A program made the translations under genes and the position numbers. From Chrysomallon squamiferum (lineage: Eukaryota; Animalia; Mollusca): a DNA stretch of 64,000 bases. Below are positions 13,664 through 26,190 of this stretch, piece after piece. The notes beneath the pieces were generated by a model. It searched no databases, was not told the DNA's origin, and worked only from the letters and a program-made list of their open reading frames with translations. The stretch covers positions 2,480,001 through 2,544,000 of the forward strand of contig CM022665.1 in NCBI GenBank assembly GCA_012295275.1. The letters run 5' to 3'. The stretch's first letter is position 1; every line of letters starts with the position of its first letter.

Positions 13664-14985
13664 CATGGAAGCTAGTCTTCACATCTGTACAGCAGAAAAC
13701 AGCTAAGCTGTTTATTGTGTCTGTGACCAACATTTATTACAAAATACCTCTGCATGCCAAAGAAACATGATGGATCTGATAGCAGAGATGAGTATCATAT
13801 GCCATTTGAAATATGCACATTTTCAGTTTTGTTCTTATTTCATTTTGCAAATGCTTGAAAGTATGAGAAGATTACTGTGGCATGATGATGTTTGTCTTTC
13901 CGTCCATCCATTAAGTTACATATTCTTTCTGTTTCCATTGGTAAATTTCTGTGGATATTAAGTTATCTTAATCGTTGATGTGAAGTTAGAATTCTTTGAA
14001 ATATATTTTGATGATACGGAAATAATTTTCAATGACTTCATTATGTATCATCAAAGTAAATTACAAACCTGTCTGTTTCCACATAATTATCTTTGGTTTT
14101 ATGCTTCTTTAAAATTGTCATTGTTCTGTTTAAGTCATTAACTTTGAATTGTTTAAAACCTATTGTAATTTAAATTTCAAAAATCCATTGAAACAAATGT
14201 TAATATATATTTATGTACTTCAGCATATCTATTGTTTATAGATAATAAAAACTAAAGTAAAAAACTTGGAATTTGCCACAAAGTCAGACTGACTTTTTTG
14301 ATCAATAATAAGAAAAGATGTTTGTAATTATACATTATTATTATTATATGTGTCAACAATTTCCTACCAGAAATAATTGTTTTGCTTTAATAATACTGTA
14401 TGTACATAAGAATGTTGATGGCAGTCACATAAGGAAATATTCATTTCTCTTCAGCAAGTCTGAAACACTAATACGTAAAATAGGAAAAACTGTCTTTGCA
14501 TCTCATTTACTTACAAAAGTAATTACTGGATAAAAGACACACATCATTCGTTTATAAAGAAACTGTTGATTAAAGCACACAATATTCAAATTATTCACAA
14601 GAATATGTAAACAAATTTATAACAATCAGTTTTTTTAAAAGGCATTAGCTGAAATTTAAGTAAAACATTCAACTGATTACAGTTTCACGCTGTGTCAAAC
14701 AATAGCTAATCAGCATTGAAATATATGTCTTTCACTGGATTACATTTAAATTTATTGTTTTATTATATGTTCAAACATGGCATGTTAAGGTTGGTAACTT
14801 TCTGGTTTATCAAACTTGCACGCATTAATCAGACATATTGTTATTTACTGATGTTATGTACTGGTGGTTTCACAGATTACCTTTGTTGCATATTAATAGT
14901 GCATTTCTTGCATTTTTCCAGAAAATAGAAAATAAATAAGTGTAGTCACACAGGTTTGGTAAATCAAAAACTGTATTTTAAAAAT

Positions 14986-14988
<3 letters not shown>

Positions 14989-15018
<30 letters not shown>

Positions 15019-15044
15019 TTATTTATTTATTTATTTATTTATTT
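14989..15044. repeat. Poly-T followed by (ATTT)n
   Basis: Directly visible low-complexity tract. Confidence 0.9.
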
Positions 15045-18000
15045 GGTACCATTAATTTAACAATTATTTTAATACATTTAAATACTAAGTCATGGAACAT
15101 GAGAGAATGCAGTAGTTTATTTGAAGAGGAATAAGGATGTGGTATTTTTGCATGAAATTTGTGGTCTTTATTCTAATGATGCATTACAGGATAAAAAAAA
15201 ATATTATTTGGCTGCTTTTAAAGATACCTTTGGTGCAAAATAACATAGAGCTAATAAAACAGAATAATCCATAATTAATGTTTTATGCACCACAGACAAC
15301 TTAAAATTAATCCAACCTTTTATAATTTTGTGAAAAGCATCTTCTGTATTTTAGATTAACAATTGTAAGATATATTATCACCTGTGGATGATGATAAAGG
15401 TATTTATGTAAATTAAATGTGATGTATGTCAACCAAAGACAAGAGTGAATAAATCATCAACAGAGTTGCTGTATCAGTCATTCTACCTAGTTAAGTTGTG
15501 ATCTTTATTTGTTCTTTCTTCCCAGCAACATCACTTCATAACTTCAAGACTTTTTTTGAACAATCAATAAAAAAGCTGGTTTTCTTAAATTATCATCAAA
15601 AGTATTTCTTTATATACTTTGAATCCAGTGTTAATAATATATTTTGTAGTATGAATAAATGATTAATATTGGCTAATAATAAAATATGACAAAAAAAAAA
15701 AAAAAAAAATGCATGGAGGCTGATTTAAAAAAAAAAAATAAAGTAAATAAAAAAAATAAGGTCATTTGATACATAAATTTAAAATAAAATAAATCATTCC
15801 AAATACTGCTGCATTCTTAGTCTCTATGCATTTTCATGATTTTTCTCATATTTTATTATTAGCCAAAGCTTTACAACTTGTATAATAATTGGAAGTATAT
15901 TGTTATTTAAATGTCATTTAAATATAACTTCATGGCAGTTATTATATAAACTGTTCTGACCAGTTTTGTTTTCACTTTTTCTTTATAACAGGTGTCACCA
16001 AACTTAAAAAAAAAAAAAAACAGAATATAGATGCATTTTTAATTTTAATTGCATATAATAATGAAAATAATGATTTTATTCATTTACTTTATTGGTGTGA
16101 AATAGAGACCAAAAGCAAAAAAAAAAAAAACTTAGCAGGCTGAAGTGTAAAATGTCTGTGAACCATGGACATTATAAAATCTGATCTGGAATAATCAGAA
16201 ATTTCTCTCTCTACCTTGTTTGTTTTTGGGGTTTTTTTTATACTGGCTTGTCCCAGTCATACCTACAAAAATATAATAACTTGAGAAATACATCTCATAA
16301 AAATGTATTGTAAAGTGGTTAAATATCCAAACTGCATTTGGTGGGACCACGTTTTGGCATTATAAATTTTATAAATTTATTTTATAACTTTGAGTATTTC
16401 AGTAAAGTCAACCTTATTATTTAACTAATGTTGCATATTTATTTTCTCATTTCCCTTTTCTTCTTCGTTTTTTTTTTTTAATTTAATTTTTGTCATTTCT
16501 TGAGTGAACAGTATATAAAAACAACGAAGAATCTATTTGTGCTGTTTTTAGCCGTGGGTGACAAAAACATTCAAGTTGACCTTTCCGTAAGAAAAATTAA
16601 ATCATTGTTCTAGCTATATTTTATTATTGGTTTAGACAGAAAATGACCTTGAATGATTAATATATTTGCAGTACAAAAAGATCACTAACAACATCAAATA
16701 CATTAAATTTTTGTTTTTACACTGAACCTTATTTATTTAGATGAATGTACACATCAATCCGGTGGATTGTTATTTACTTATGTTTTGTACCAGATTTGCA
16801 TTTACTTATATTTTTCTAGAATAGAATGAAAACTGTAATAATAATCCATTTAATACAGCTGTATAAATTGTTAATTGTTTATAATGCTTTTCATGATCAT
16901 ACAGCACAATTACTGTATATTAAGATATAATAAGTTCCTAGAAACACCCCCTCATAGTTAAAAAGGTATAGACAGAAATAATTTGAACATAAATTATTTT
17001 CATTGATGAAATATGGAATCTGTGGATCCAGTTTGCTCAAAAACAGTAACTAACAGCTGATAATGTAGTTTGGTGTGAGAGTACTGTTTAAAGGAGATGT
17101 GCTGATTATTGTACATATTTTGCAGAACAAACATATTCTGCAAAAGAAACAGTAAAATTAACTTAGTAACTAATTATTTCATTTCCGTTTGCTAAATTAT
17201 CACTATTAAAAAACCCAGCAGGTCTGCATTTACAATTTAAAGTGATGTGAGATAGACAGTCGGTTTCAGGCTTCACTAGCATGCATTTTCTTGCTGGTCC
17301 CTTTTTTGATTAGCTGTTGTGCAGGATACATCATTAAAACTGGTAGATTAAAAACAGGGAAACAAGAATAAATGCTGTATAGACAATAAAGTAATTAGCA
17401 CATCTCTAATTAATCAAGCATGAATATTGGTTTTCTGTTACTAGATAATAAGTATAGTGAAAACATTAGAAGTGAAGTAAAATGTAGCCCAAAACTAAGA
17501 CTCTGGATTACTCCACTGCTGTAGCTGGTAACTGTACTGTTCACTCAAAATCAAATAAAATGTTTTGCTGCATGGCAAGTGTTGCTTATATCTTCTCTTA
17601 AAACAAATTCACTAAAACATTCATTTTCTTTATTGATACAAACTAAAACACTTTCTAAAATGTAATGAAAGAGAAACGTGGAGGAAAAGAAAAGAAGAAT
17701 TTTAGATTTATAAATGTTGATGGAAACAATTCAGATTTTTTTTTTTTTTCCATCTTAAATGTATACAGCCATTTAATCAAATTAATGTAAGGTAAGATAA
17801 TTTCACCTTTGGTAGGTCACACAAATGGCCTCAGAATTGTATACACTTCAACAATCAATAAAAACATGCATAAGAATGTATGAAAGTTTCTTCTTATCTT
17901 TTATTCCCACTCTTTATGAAACATGTTAAAAAGGTTAATGGCATCATGCATCCTCAATTTTGTTTTATTTGGTAAAATTGGAGAAACAACAACAAAAAAA

Positions 18001-18916
18001 AAACTTTTAAAAAGTAATTATGTTTTGGCATTCATAACATCAAAACATTTTGGAAGCCATGTAGATTTTACTTCTTATTCAAACAGCTAATATATGTTAA
18101 AATTTAAGAAATAATACTTTGCAGGGGAAAAAAGAAATAGAAACAAAAGTAAAATGGTATTGTGTGGCCTTTCATTATGTACATATTCAACAGCTAGATG
18201 TTTTGAGATGTGATGACATTATTTTTAATTATTCATTTACATTTTGCTGATCTATCAACTCATCAAACTTTTAATGTTTGTTGTGAAGATCACAAATACC
18301 AGATTAAAAAATTAAAATGAAGATTGTAAAATTTTCTAGTATAAGCATTTATAAAATTAAAGCAATTCACTGTTAAAAGATAAACATATTTATACAATAA
18401 AAGAACAGTTAAGAATATATGTTCTTAAAAGGCATTAAATTCTTTTCTGCAAGATTAAAATGTAAATCTTATCACCTAAAAACAAAGAAGGGATACTAGT
18501 CCATATTAAAAGAATATTAATATACACTTTTTACAAATAATACATTAAAACAGAATTTCAATATACATGTATTTGCCCTGTTTCCGTATCTTTTGTGCAG
18601 AATGTCAGCATTTCAGATTAGAAATGTACTTTGTGAAGGTTTCTTCAAACAAATGCATTCAAATTTTTCTGCACAGAAAAAACTTTCAGTGACCAAATAA
18701 TAAGCGGTCTTGAAAACGAACTATAACATTTAATTATGCCACAAACATCTTGATGTCATTCGGCAGGAATATTTTAAGTGTTTTTCAAAATGTTTAGAAC
18801 TGTGATCTTTTTGGCTTAAAATATTGAAAATGTGTTTTTCCACCTATTGGCTGGTACCTGATTCAGGTAAAAATTAATAATCTTTTGACAGATTAATCTC
18901 TGCTACTTTTTTTTTT

Positions 18917-21900
18917 TTATGTGCTGGTATTCTCTTTTGATAATTTTAACTTCTTGTACATGTGAACAGCTGTCTTGAGCCTCTGACATTTATCAGCAGT
19001 TGAAACCACAGACTGAAAATAAATTCAAATATTTTAAAGTAATACCTCTATTCTGAATGATTACTTTTGGATTAGTGGTCAGTTAATTGGCGAATAAAAA
19101 TTAATGCTGTTCTATGTTAACAGTAAGAGTAGCCAAAAAAATCTAGCAACAATTTTCACCTCTCATTACAAAATCAACTACTATCATTAATTTAATGGGT
19201 CTTCAGCAAATGCTAAAACCAAGATTAATTAATATTTTATTTATCAAAAAAGACAAAAAACACAAACATACTGCTTTTTTTTTTTTTAAATGTTATATTT
19301 AATCAAAATATATATCCTTGTAACAACGATAAAACTGTTATTTTATATAGGGCAACTTCTGTTAATAATGTTCTGATGTGCTTCACAGTATTGCTAAACT
19401 GACACAATAAAATATAAAACAGAGGAATAACAACACTGAAATGAATAGTTCGTGTATGTACATTTTTAAAAGGTAACTTTTAAGCCTGGACTTTAAACCA
19501 CTGACAGTCTGCAATTCCCTAACTGATGATTGTAAAGTGTTCCAGATTCTAGGTGCTTTAATGAGAAAGAAGGAAAAAGAATGCATATTAGTTTGTGGTA
19601 CAATCAGTAAGTCTTGATCAAAAGAATATGATGACTGTTCAGCTATTAATCTACCAAAAGATTATGAATATTTTGCAGTGCCTTATTGTTCAGAGCTTTG
19701 AACACAAAAGTCGATGCATCTTGCAAATTTTCAATGACTTAGCAAGGAGCCAATGAAATTGAACCATGGGTAATGCATTCCTGTCATCTTGTTTGGATAA
19801 TCAGATGAGCAGAGTTATTTTGGATTCACTGGAATCTCAACAAAAGATTTTATTGCAGTAATCTATTACAGTTGTAATTATTCCAGTGGCATAAATCAAA
19901 ACATGTTTACTTACTTTTGTGAGGGTAAGAAGACAGCTACTGGAGGAAAGTGCAGCCTCACTGTGTGACTCATCTAACAGATCACAATTTCCACACTCAG
20001 TGCTGTCTTGCATCTCCTTGTTTTTCATTATTTTTAATTTTACCTGAAAAGCAGACCTGTGATTTTAGTATTTAGAAAACAATTCAATATAAACATACAG
20101 GCCAACTATAAAAATAAAGGCAACAAGACAATCAACTAATTCCAAAGATACCAACACAGTTTATAAAGCAGCAATGGACTATTCAAAATAATCTGCTGTT
20201 GTGTTTTTGATTTGTCTAGGGTAGCCATCTCATAAATTTCAGGATTATTTATTTCCTGAATTACAGAATTAATTTAGGATAACTGTATTTAAAAAACCAG
20301 AGTGGGAAATTTATCCATTACATTAATCTTTTTGCTTTATTACTCAATTATTTTTTTCAAAATAATTTTCAAAACAAATAACAAAATTAAAACCTACCAA
20401 GTGTGACAATGTCAAATTTGATAGATCAATTGCTTTTTCACGACAAAGTCTATTAGTATGTTTTCTCTTTTTTGCAACAGACATTATGACTTTGTCCAGT
20501 TTTGGTACAACATCTTCATTGAAGTACTTTCGTTGCTCTTTGTACGATTCAGAATCTATTAAAAAAATATAATAATAATAATAATCATAGCAGTTATAAA
20601 TACTGCACTGTGTGAGGAACAGATGTTAATTTACTATTTCATGAATTGATAATAAGATTATATGGAACAGTGAAGTTTTTACTATTTTACATATATTTAC
20701 AATGAGAAATGAAAAATCTGAATCGAGCAGGAAATTTAGGTCTTACCAGATGTACTTTCTTTCTCTTCTTTATCTTCTTTTTCTAAAGCAATGTTACACA
20801 GAAAGGTAGCATCATAGACCTGTAGTAATAACATAATATAAGAATTATGAATGATCACCAAAGCAGAACAAATTGGTGTTTTAAGCCAGTAAAATGTATG
20901 TTTGTCAAAACTTGTCGAATTAGCCAGTGTTTTCTTTCTATCAGCTTTGACACCAGGGATACACAGACTGCGTGAACAACTATTTCATTCACACCATCAT
21001 TGCATAACTCATTTTGTGTTCTCACAAATTGTGGGCAGTGCTGAATGAGATACTGTAAAATATGAAATTACAGCATGAGAGAAAAAAATGCAAAAAATGT
21101 GTACACCTGTATTTGACACATTAATTTACCACATTTATAAAAAAATATTAAAAAAGTAAATAAAAATATGAATTGTGAACAACAGCAGTTTTATTTCACT
21201 TAATAATTATCTCAAACAATTCATTAAAACATAATGTTTAAACACATACCAATTACAAAGTGTTTTGGTTTGGTTTCACAGAGTGAGCACATCTCAAATA
21301 CATTTGTTCATGGAAATGGATGCAGATTAACATTAATATTTTTGACTTTATTAACATATAATGTATAACTTGGGATGGCAGTTTGTGTCTGGAAGAAATT
21401 AAAAGTTAATTTAATAATTTTTACCTATTCAGATATACTCTTGGTTCTTTGTCTTTGGTACATGACTGGAAATCAACACATTTGCAGTGCTTGGTTATTT
21501 TCAGCATTTATTTTAATGTCAGAAATCACTAATTATTGTTTTCAATTTACCAAAGATACATTAATTATCAATAACTTAAGACTATTCTGATTTTGATTCC
21601 GACTACAAATCTGAATTACTTAAATTTTACTGTTAAAAACAATTTATGATTTGCACTGCATATTTTGTTTCAGTTTTTCTGGACACCATCTAACTACAGA
21701 AGAAGACGATTTATTTCAGTCATAATCCTTATTATATATGTATTATTACCAATGTATAAAAATAAAAAATACAGTTCATTATTTTCAAAAAAAGGCAAGT
21801 TATTAACAGGTTATTTCAATGTCTGCTGTTAATGATAATCAAAACAAGTCAAGAGAGTAGTGCTCTCTATTTTTGGAAAGGTACATGCTTTTTATTTTCT

Positions 21901-22585
21901 GCTCGAATGGAAATGGAATAGGCAGGAATCTCTCTGAAATATAATGGCAGGTTATTTGATACAGAGATAGAGTATGTTAACCACTACTAAAGTATGAATG
22001 GTATAAAATTAAAAAACTGGTTGATCTGTCAAGCCAAAAATGGCCTGTGATATTTTATATGAAATTTACATTTGTTCTTGTGTCAAAAGAAACAAATGAT
22101 AGCAAAATTCACAGAAAAGAATCCTTATTAAAATTTATGAACCATGTCTTGAATATTATCTATATCTATATACACAGTTATCTTTCTTTTTTAAGAGATA
22201 CAAACAATTTAATAATTGTTCTGTCTTCCTTCAATCTTCTCAATTGCTTTAGTAAAGCCTAAAAGAAGTAAAACTAAAAGTAAAGCAAATATGTAATCAG
22301 AAGATTGTTTTATATATTATTATTATTATTTTTTTTTTTTTTTGGACACACGATAAATCGACGATACGTCTATGAGTACGAACTGCATCAGTACATACTT
22401 ATGATACTACATGGATGGTCCAGATTACAATTTTGAAATACAATAAATATAATAACTTAATAAGCGCTTTCAGACAGCTGATGCTAAGTTTGAAGATGAC
22501 AGTGACACATAAAATTCATGATGAATCCGTGACATAGTTTTATGATTCTAAGGATTTAATTATGATATATATATATATATATATA

Positions 22586-22640
<55 letters not shown>

Positions 22641-22841
22641 TAATTTTTAAGCTAATCACTTAAATCAGCCTACCTCTTTAAATCTTTGTATAAGTTTCTC
22701 TTTTTCCTGTACCGATAAACTGGAATTTTCTTCGATAAGTATACTAATTTGTTTGTTAACTGCATCTGTGATACAAGCCAATGTTTTCCTATCGCGACAT
22801 CGAACCTTCACATCCCATTGTTTATTACAGTGTTCCTCCAT
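18917..22841 (-). CDS. NSL1: Kinetochore-associated protein NSL1/Mis14-like (MIS12 complex), about 207 aa
   Basis: Five phase-consistent GT-AG exons: 22841-22674, 20819-20747, 20555-20398, 20043-19915 and 19012-18917 (TAA). Segments DVKVRCRDRKTL, VYDATFLCNIAL and LDKVIMSVAKKRKHTNRLCREKAI align in order with recalled human NSL1 segments DFRVRCTSKRAV, TFESAVQENISI and FDEIIVDIATKRKQYPRKILECVI. The gene structure is solid; the identity rests on low-similarity recall. Confidence 0.72.
19460..19860 (-). mobile_element. Degenerate L2/CR1-clade LINE, 3' end of ORF2, inside the last intron of the NSL1-like gene
   Basis: The minus strand reads, with stops and frameshifts, FQ*IQNNSAHLI..ITH..HWL..TFVFKALNNKA..SFSF..KAPRIWNTLQSSVRELQTVSGLKSRLKSYL. 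This is the typical C-terminal signature of L2/CR1 reverse transcriptases. Confidence 0.75.
22565..22640. repeat. Compound (AT)n-(TAT)n microsatellite
   Basis: Directly visible, in intron 1 of the NSL1-like gene. Confidence 0.95.
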
Positions 22842-22848
22842 TTTGTAA

Positions 22849-23043
22849 TTTGGCGCATTTAAACGCGCATGCGCCCAGAGGGAGCGATTTAATTCTAATA
22901 AAAACAACTCGGTGGAGTGGGGCGCATGACACTAAAAGTGACAGGATTTGAACTGATAAAACGAACGTCAAAATCTGAAAATCTTATATCACCGTAAAGA
23001 CGTTATTCTTAAATTCAAATAAGATTCTTTCGAACTGACGTCA
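22849..23043. promoter_or_regulatory. Promoter of the NSL1-like gene: E2F-like, NRF1, CHR-like and CRE motifs
   Basis: TTTGGCGC at 22849-22856, GCGCATGCGC at 22865-22874, TTTGAA at 22947-22952 (+) and 23014-23019 (-), and TGACGTCA at 23036-23043. All lie in a CpG-rich patch next to the ATG. Confidence 0.5.
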
Positions 23044-24778
23044 ATGAAAGTTAAAAATGATAGTAATAAATAAATAAATAAATAAAGGTCATATAAAATA
23101 TCGCAGCTCATTTTTGGCTTGTCTTAATATTTATTTATTTATTTATTTATTTTTATTTTTATTTATTCCCAGGGTCTAGATAGTCTAGCTTATCAAAGCA
23201 GTTGGCATCAGTTTATTAATTTAATATCAATGGCAGTAACTAGGAAGATCATTGGGCGAAGCCTGTTTTGTTGGGGTTTTTTTCTGAAAAAATTACTTAA
23301 TTGTATTTTTAATGTTTAGAAACAGTAGATGATGACGACTTTTATCAATACAGAATTACAATGTTTAGATATGTGACAAAATAAATACATTCTAATAAAT
23401 AAAATAAAATAGTACCATACTTAGATGATAAATACTTGAAAAATAATAGAGTAATTGTAACTTCAGAAAATTCTTGTAATTATCTATTATTTCAAGCTTT
23501 ATTGAAACATACTCTGATCAAAGTTCATTAAATTCTCACATCTCCCTTAAAAAGCATGGTAACTCTGAAATGTTACGGATAACAAGTGTACTGCATGAGA
23601 TTAAAATTCTACCTTAGCTAAAGTTATGGGTAATTAATAATGTACAGACATAATGCAGCAGTGTTTGATCATGTGGGGCACCTTCGATCCAGTACTTTTG
23701 GGGAAACTTGAAAAACAGTTGCTATAAGGCAGATTTTTATTAACATTTTGCACAAATGAAGTTAAACATTTATCTAGATGAGAAATTTGTTTTGGAAGTG
23801 GTAACTTCTGATGTGACAAGTTTGTTGAATGTATGGGTGTGTGCACTGTATATAGGTATGCCCTCAACCTCCATTATCATAATAGCAGTTCTTCTGGCAT
23901 TGTTTTAAATTTTATGTTCATTAAGTACTTCTTATCCCTTTGTGACCCTTGTTGATCAGAGTATTGCCAGGATGCACAGAATGTCACCCTCTTGTTGACC
24001 GTCCCCAAAAATGACCAAGCAAATGACATTTTTCAGTCCTCCTTTCTGATTATGGTATGCTCACTGCTCTTTATAAACAATTTGATCAACACTTTCTCTT
24101 TACTGTCAATATCCTTTAACCAGATGTCAGATTCTTTTATCTTGATAATTTCATTCATTTTTCAGGACATTCAGGTTTACCCTAATTATATGCAGATGGG
24201 TCATATTTTCCATGTTAAACAGTACAGCTAGATTGACATATACTACAAATCATGATAAACAAGCTCCAAGCATCAACTTGAAAAGCAGACCTCCATCCCT
24301 TAAAGAAAATTATGGCATATTCATATCTTTCACAGATTCAAATAAAATAAAATTTCTGCAAATCACAGAAAATTCTTGTGTCTATGCATATCACATATAT
24401 AAAGGCAACAAGTTATCATAATGGCTATTGTGGTCTATTACAGTGTGCTGTGTGGCCCAGAACATCTGACATCAGAGTTACCTCATCCTTAGTCCATATC
24501 TGTCTAACCTCTACTCACTGACCAAAAACAAGTAGGAAATAAGGTGTTAAAAAAAATCACCATAGAACCTCATGGTAACTAATTATTATTAACTAAATTT
24601 ATTTAAATGTTCTGCTATAAATATATTTGATTAGAAACAAAATATCTGCAAATACATTTTATTTCAAAAACTTGATTTTCAGTTATTACAATGCAGATGT
24701 TACAAACTAAATGAACAAACAAAATTAAACCCTATACATACATCATATAAATCCATTATTTTAAGTACAAATCAGTTT

Positions 24779-24782
<4 letters not shown>

Positions 24783-24828
<46 letters not shown>
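24783..24828. repeat. (AT)n microsatellite
   Basis: Perfect AT run. Confidence 0.95.
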
Positions 24829-24833
<5 letters not shown>

Positions 24834-25565
24834 TATTACAATGATGTGACAAGGAATCAATTATAATTTAAAAAAAAAAAAAAAAAATGGTATATAATTA
24901 CTTTTCACCAACTTGCTGTTCATGTTCAACAATATTTCTCTTCAAATGACAAAGCAGTACCAACTCACCAACTTCCAATTCATTTTATTACTATTAAAAT
25001 ATTTGTTGGTTATTTCCATTTAGGTCTCTGCTTATAAAATGCAGACAGAATTAGTATTTGTGTACAAATAACTGAGATTCTGTGTTGTCATTTGAGACTT
25101 TGTTTTATGTAAATTATTCAATATGAATTTTTCAAATTACAATTCATCAGCATATTGTCAAAGTTTTACATAACTCCAACTTTCTAATATATGTATGTAA
25201 ACGAGATGTAAATGTTGCAATGATGTAATTTTAAAAGAGTAAGCTAAAATTAACATCTCTGACAATAATATATTGCTTTTAACATTTTGATTAAATTGCC
25301 TGCATAAAAAATGTATATTTATACACAGAATAAAATACAAAATTAAAAATAAAGTTATTAAAAATTGCACAGAAACAAGAATACTTGATTGTTGAAAGGA
25401 AATATTGAGCAAATTTCTATAATACTGTTGTAGGTAAAATTATCAGATTTATGTACATATGCATATGAAATTGTTCTTGTTCTCTTTAAATCACACGTCC
25501 ATATTCTGATTAGCATGCTGTATTTTTAAAAGACTTGCTGTCTGTAATCCATCATATAAAGCCCA

Positions 25566-26072
25566 TTACATTTCAAGATTGCTTTCAACTGAAAAATAAA
25601 TATAAAATGAAGTTGGTTATTGTTGGTATTGCAAAATATGAAATTTCAAGACTATCAGATTAATTTCATTGAATGCAAGCTACATTACATTCCATGCATG
25701 AGTTATAATTTATTTGTATATTTGTGTTGATGTGTATGCATGCATGTGTTGTTCTAGTAAATGCTATCATAATTGTTGTTTAAACTGGAATACTTAACAC
25801 AATAAAAAGTAATGTTACTATTCAAATTTCTTACACTGCTGCTTGAAATGTCGTCTTTCTTTATGTTTTTCTTCACTGACTTTCCATGTACATCTTTCTT
25901 CGTTGACAATTTCTGGAACATAATCTCCAAATAAACGACTTTCCAACCTTTTGGTGTTGACTCGTTTTTGTTTCCTATCTCGATAAGCTTCTACAACACA
26001 CCATGTCTCACGGGTTTCCCATAAATCCTTAGCTTCTCTTGGAGTTAACTTTCTTCGCCCGTCTGCTGACAT
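25566..26072 (-). CDS. Small uncharacterised basic protein (84-86 aa), candidate ciliary or sperm gene
   Basis: ATG at 26072 opens a charged ORF, MSADGRRKLTPREAKDLWETRETWCVVEAYRDRKQKRVNTKRLESRLFGDYVPEIV... It is either unspliced to TAG at 25818, or spliced from a GTAAGA donor at 25834 to a TTTTTCAG acceptor, giving exon 25588-25566 (..KQQFESNLEM*). It sits beside a CpG-rich promoter-like region with an X-box. No homolog recognised. Confidence 0.6.
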
Positions 26073-26176
26073 TGTCACTCTACTAGTATTACACTTCACA
26101 ACTTCAACTCAACTTTTGTTGCTGTTATAAGAGTTTTTTTTTTTTGGTACCTAAGGACAACTTTCAACGCCTCTTC

Positions 26177-26190
26177 GCTGCTATGGTAAC
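26177..26190. promoter_or_regulatory. RFX X-box motif
   Basis: GCTGCTATGGTAAC (reverse complement GTTACCATAGCAGC) is one mismatch from the consensus GTTRCCATRGYAAC and lies about 105 nt upstream of the ATG at 26072. Confidence 0.6.

Noticed and set aside
20820-21052. Upstream alternative acceptor extending exon 2 of the NSL1-like gene
   Set aside because: The extension is 233 nt, out of frame, and hits a stop.
23634-24421. Cluster of short ORFs between the NSL1-like gene and the small gene
   Set aside because: I found no recognisable motifs or phase-consistent exon chain. It is probably UTR or decayed repeat.
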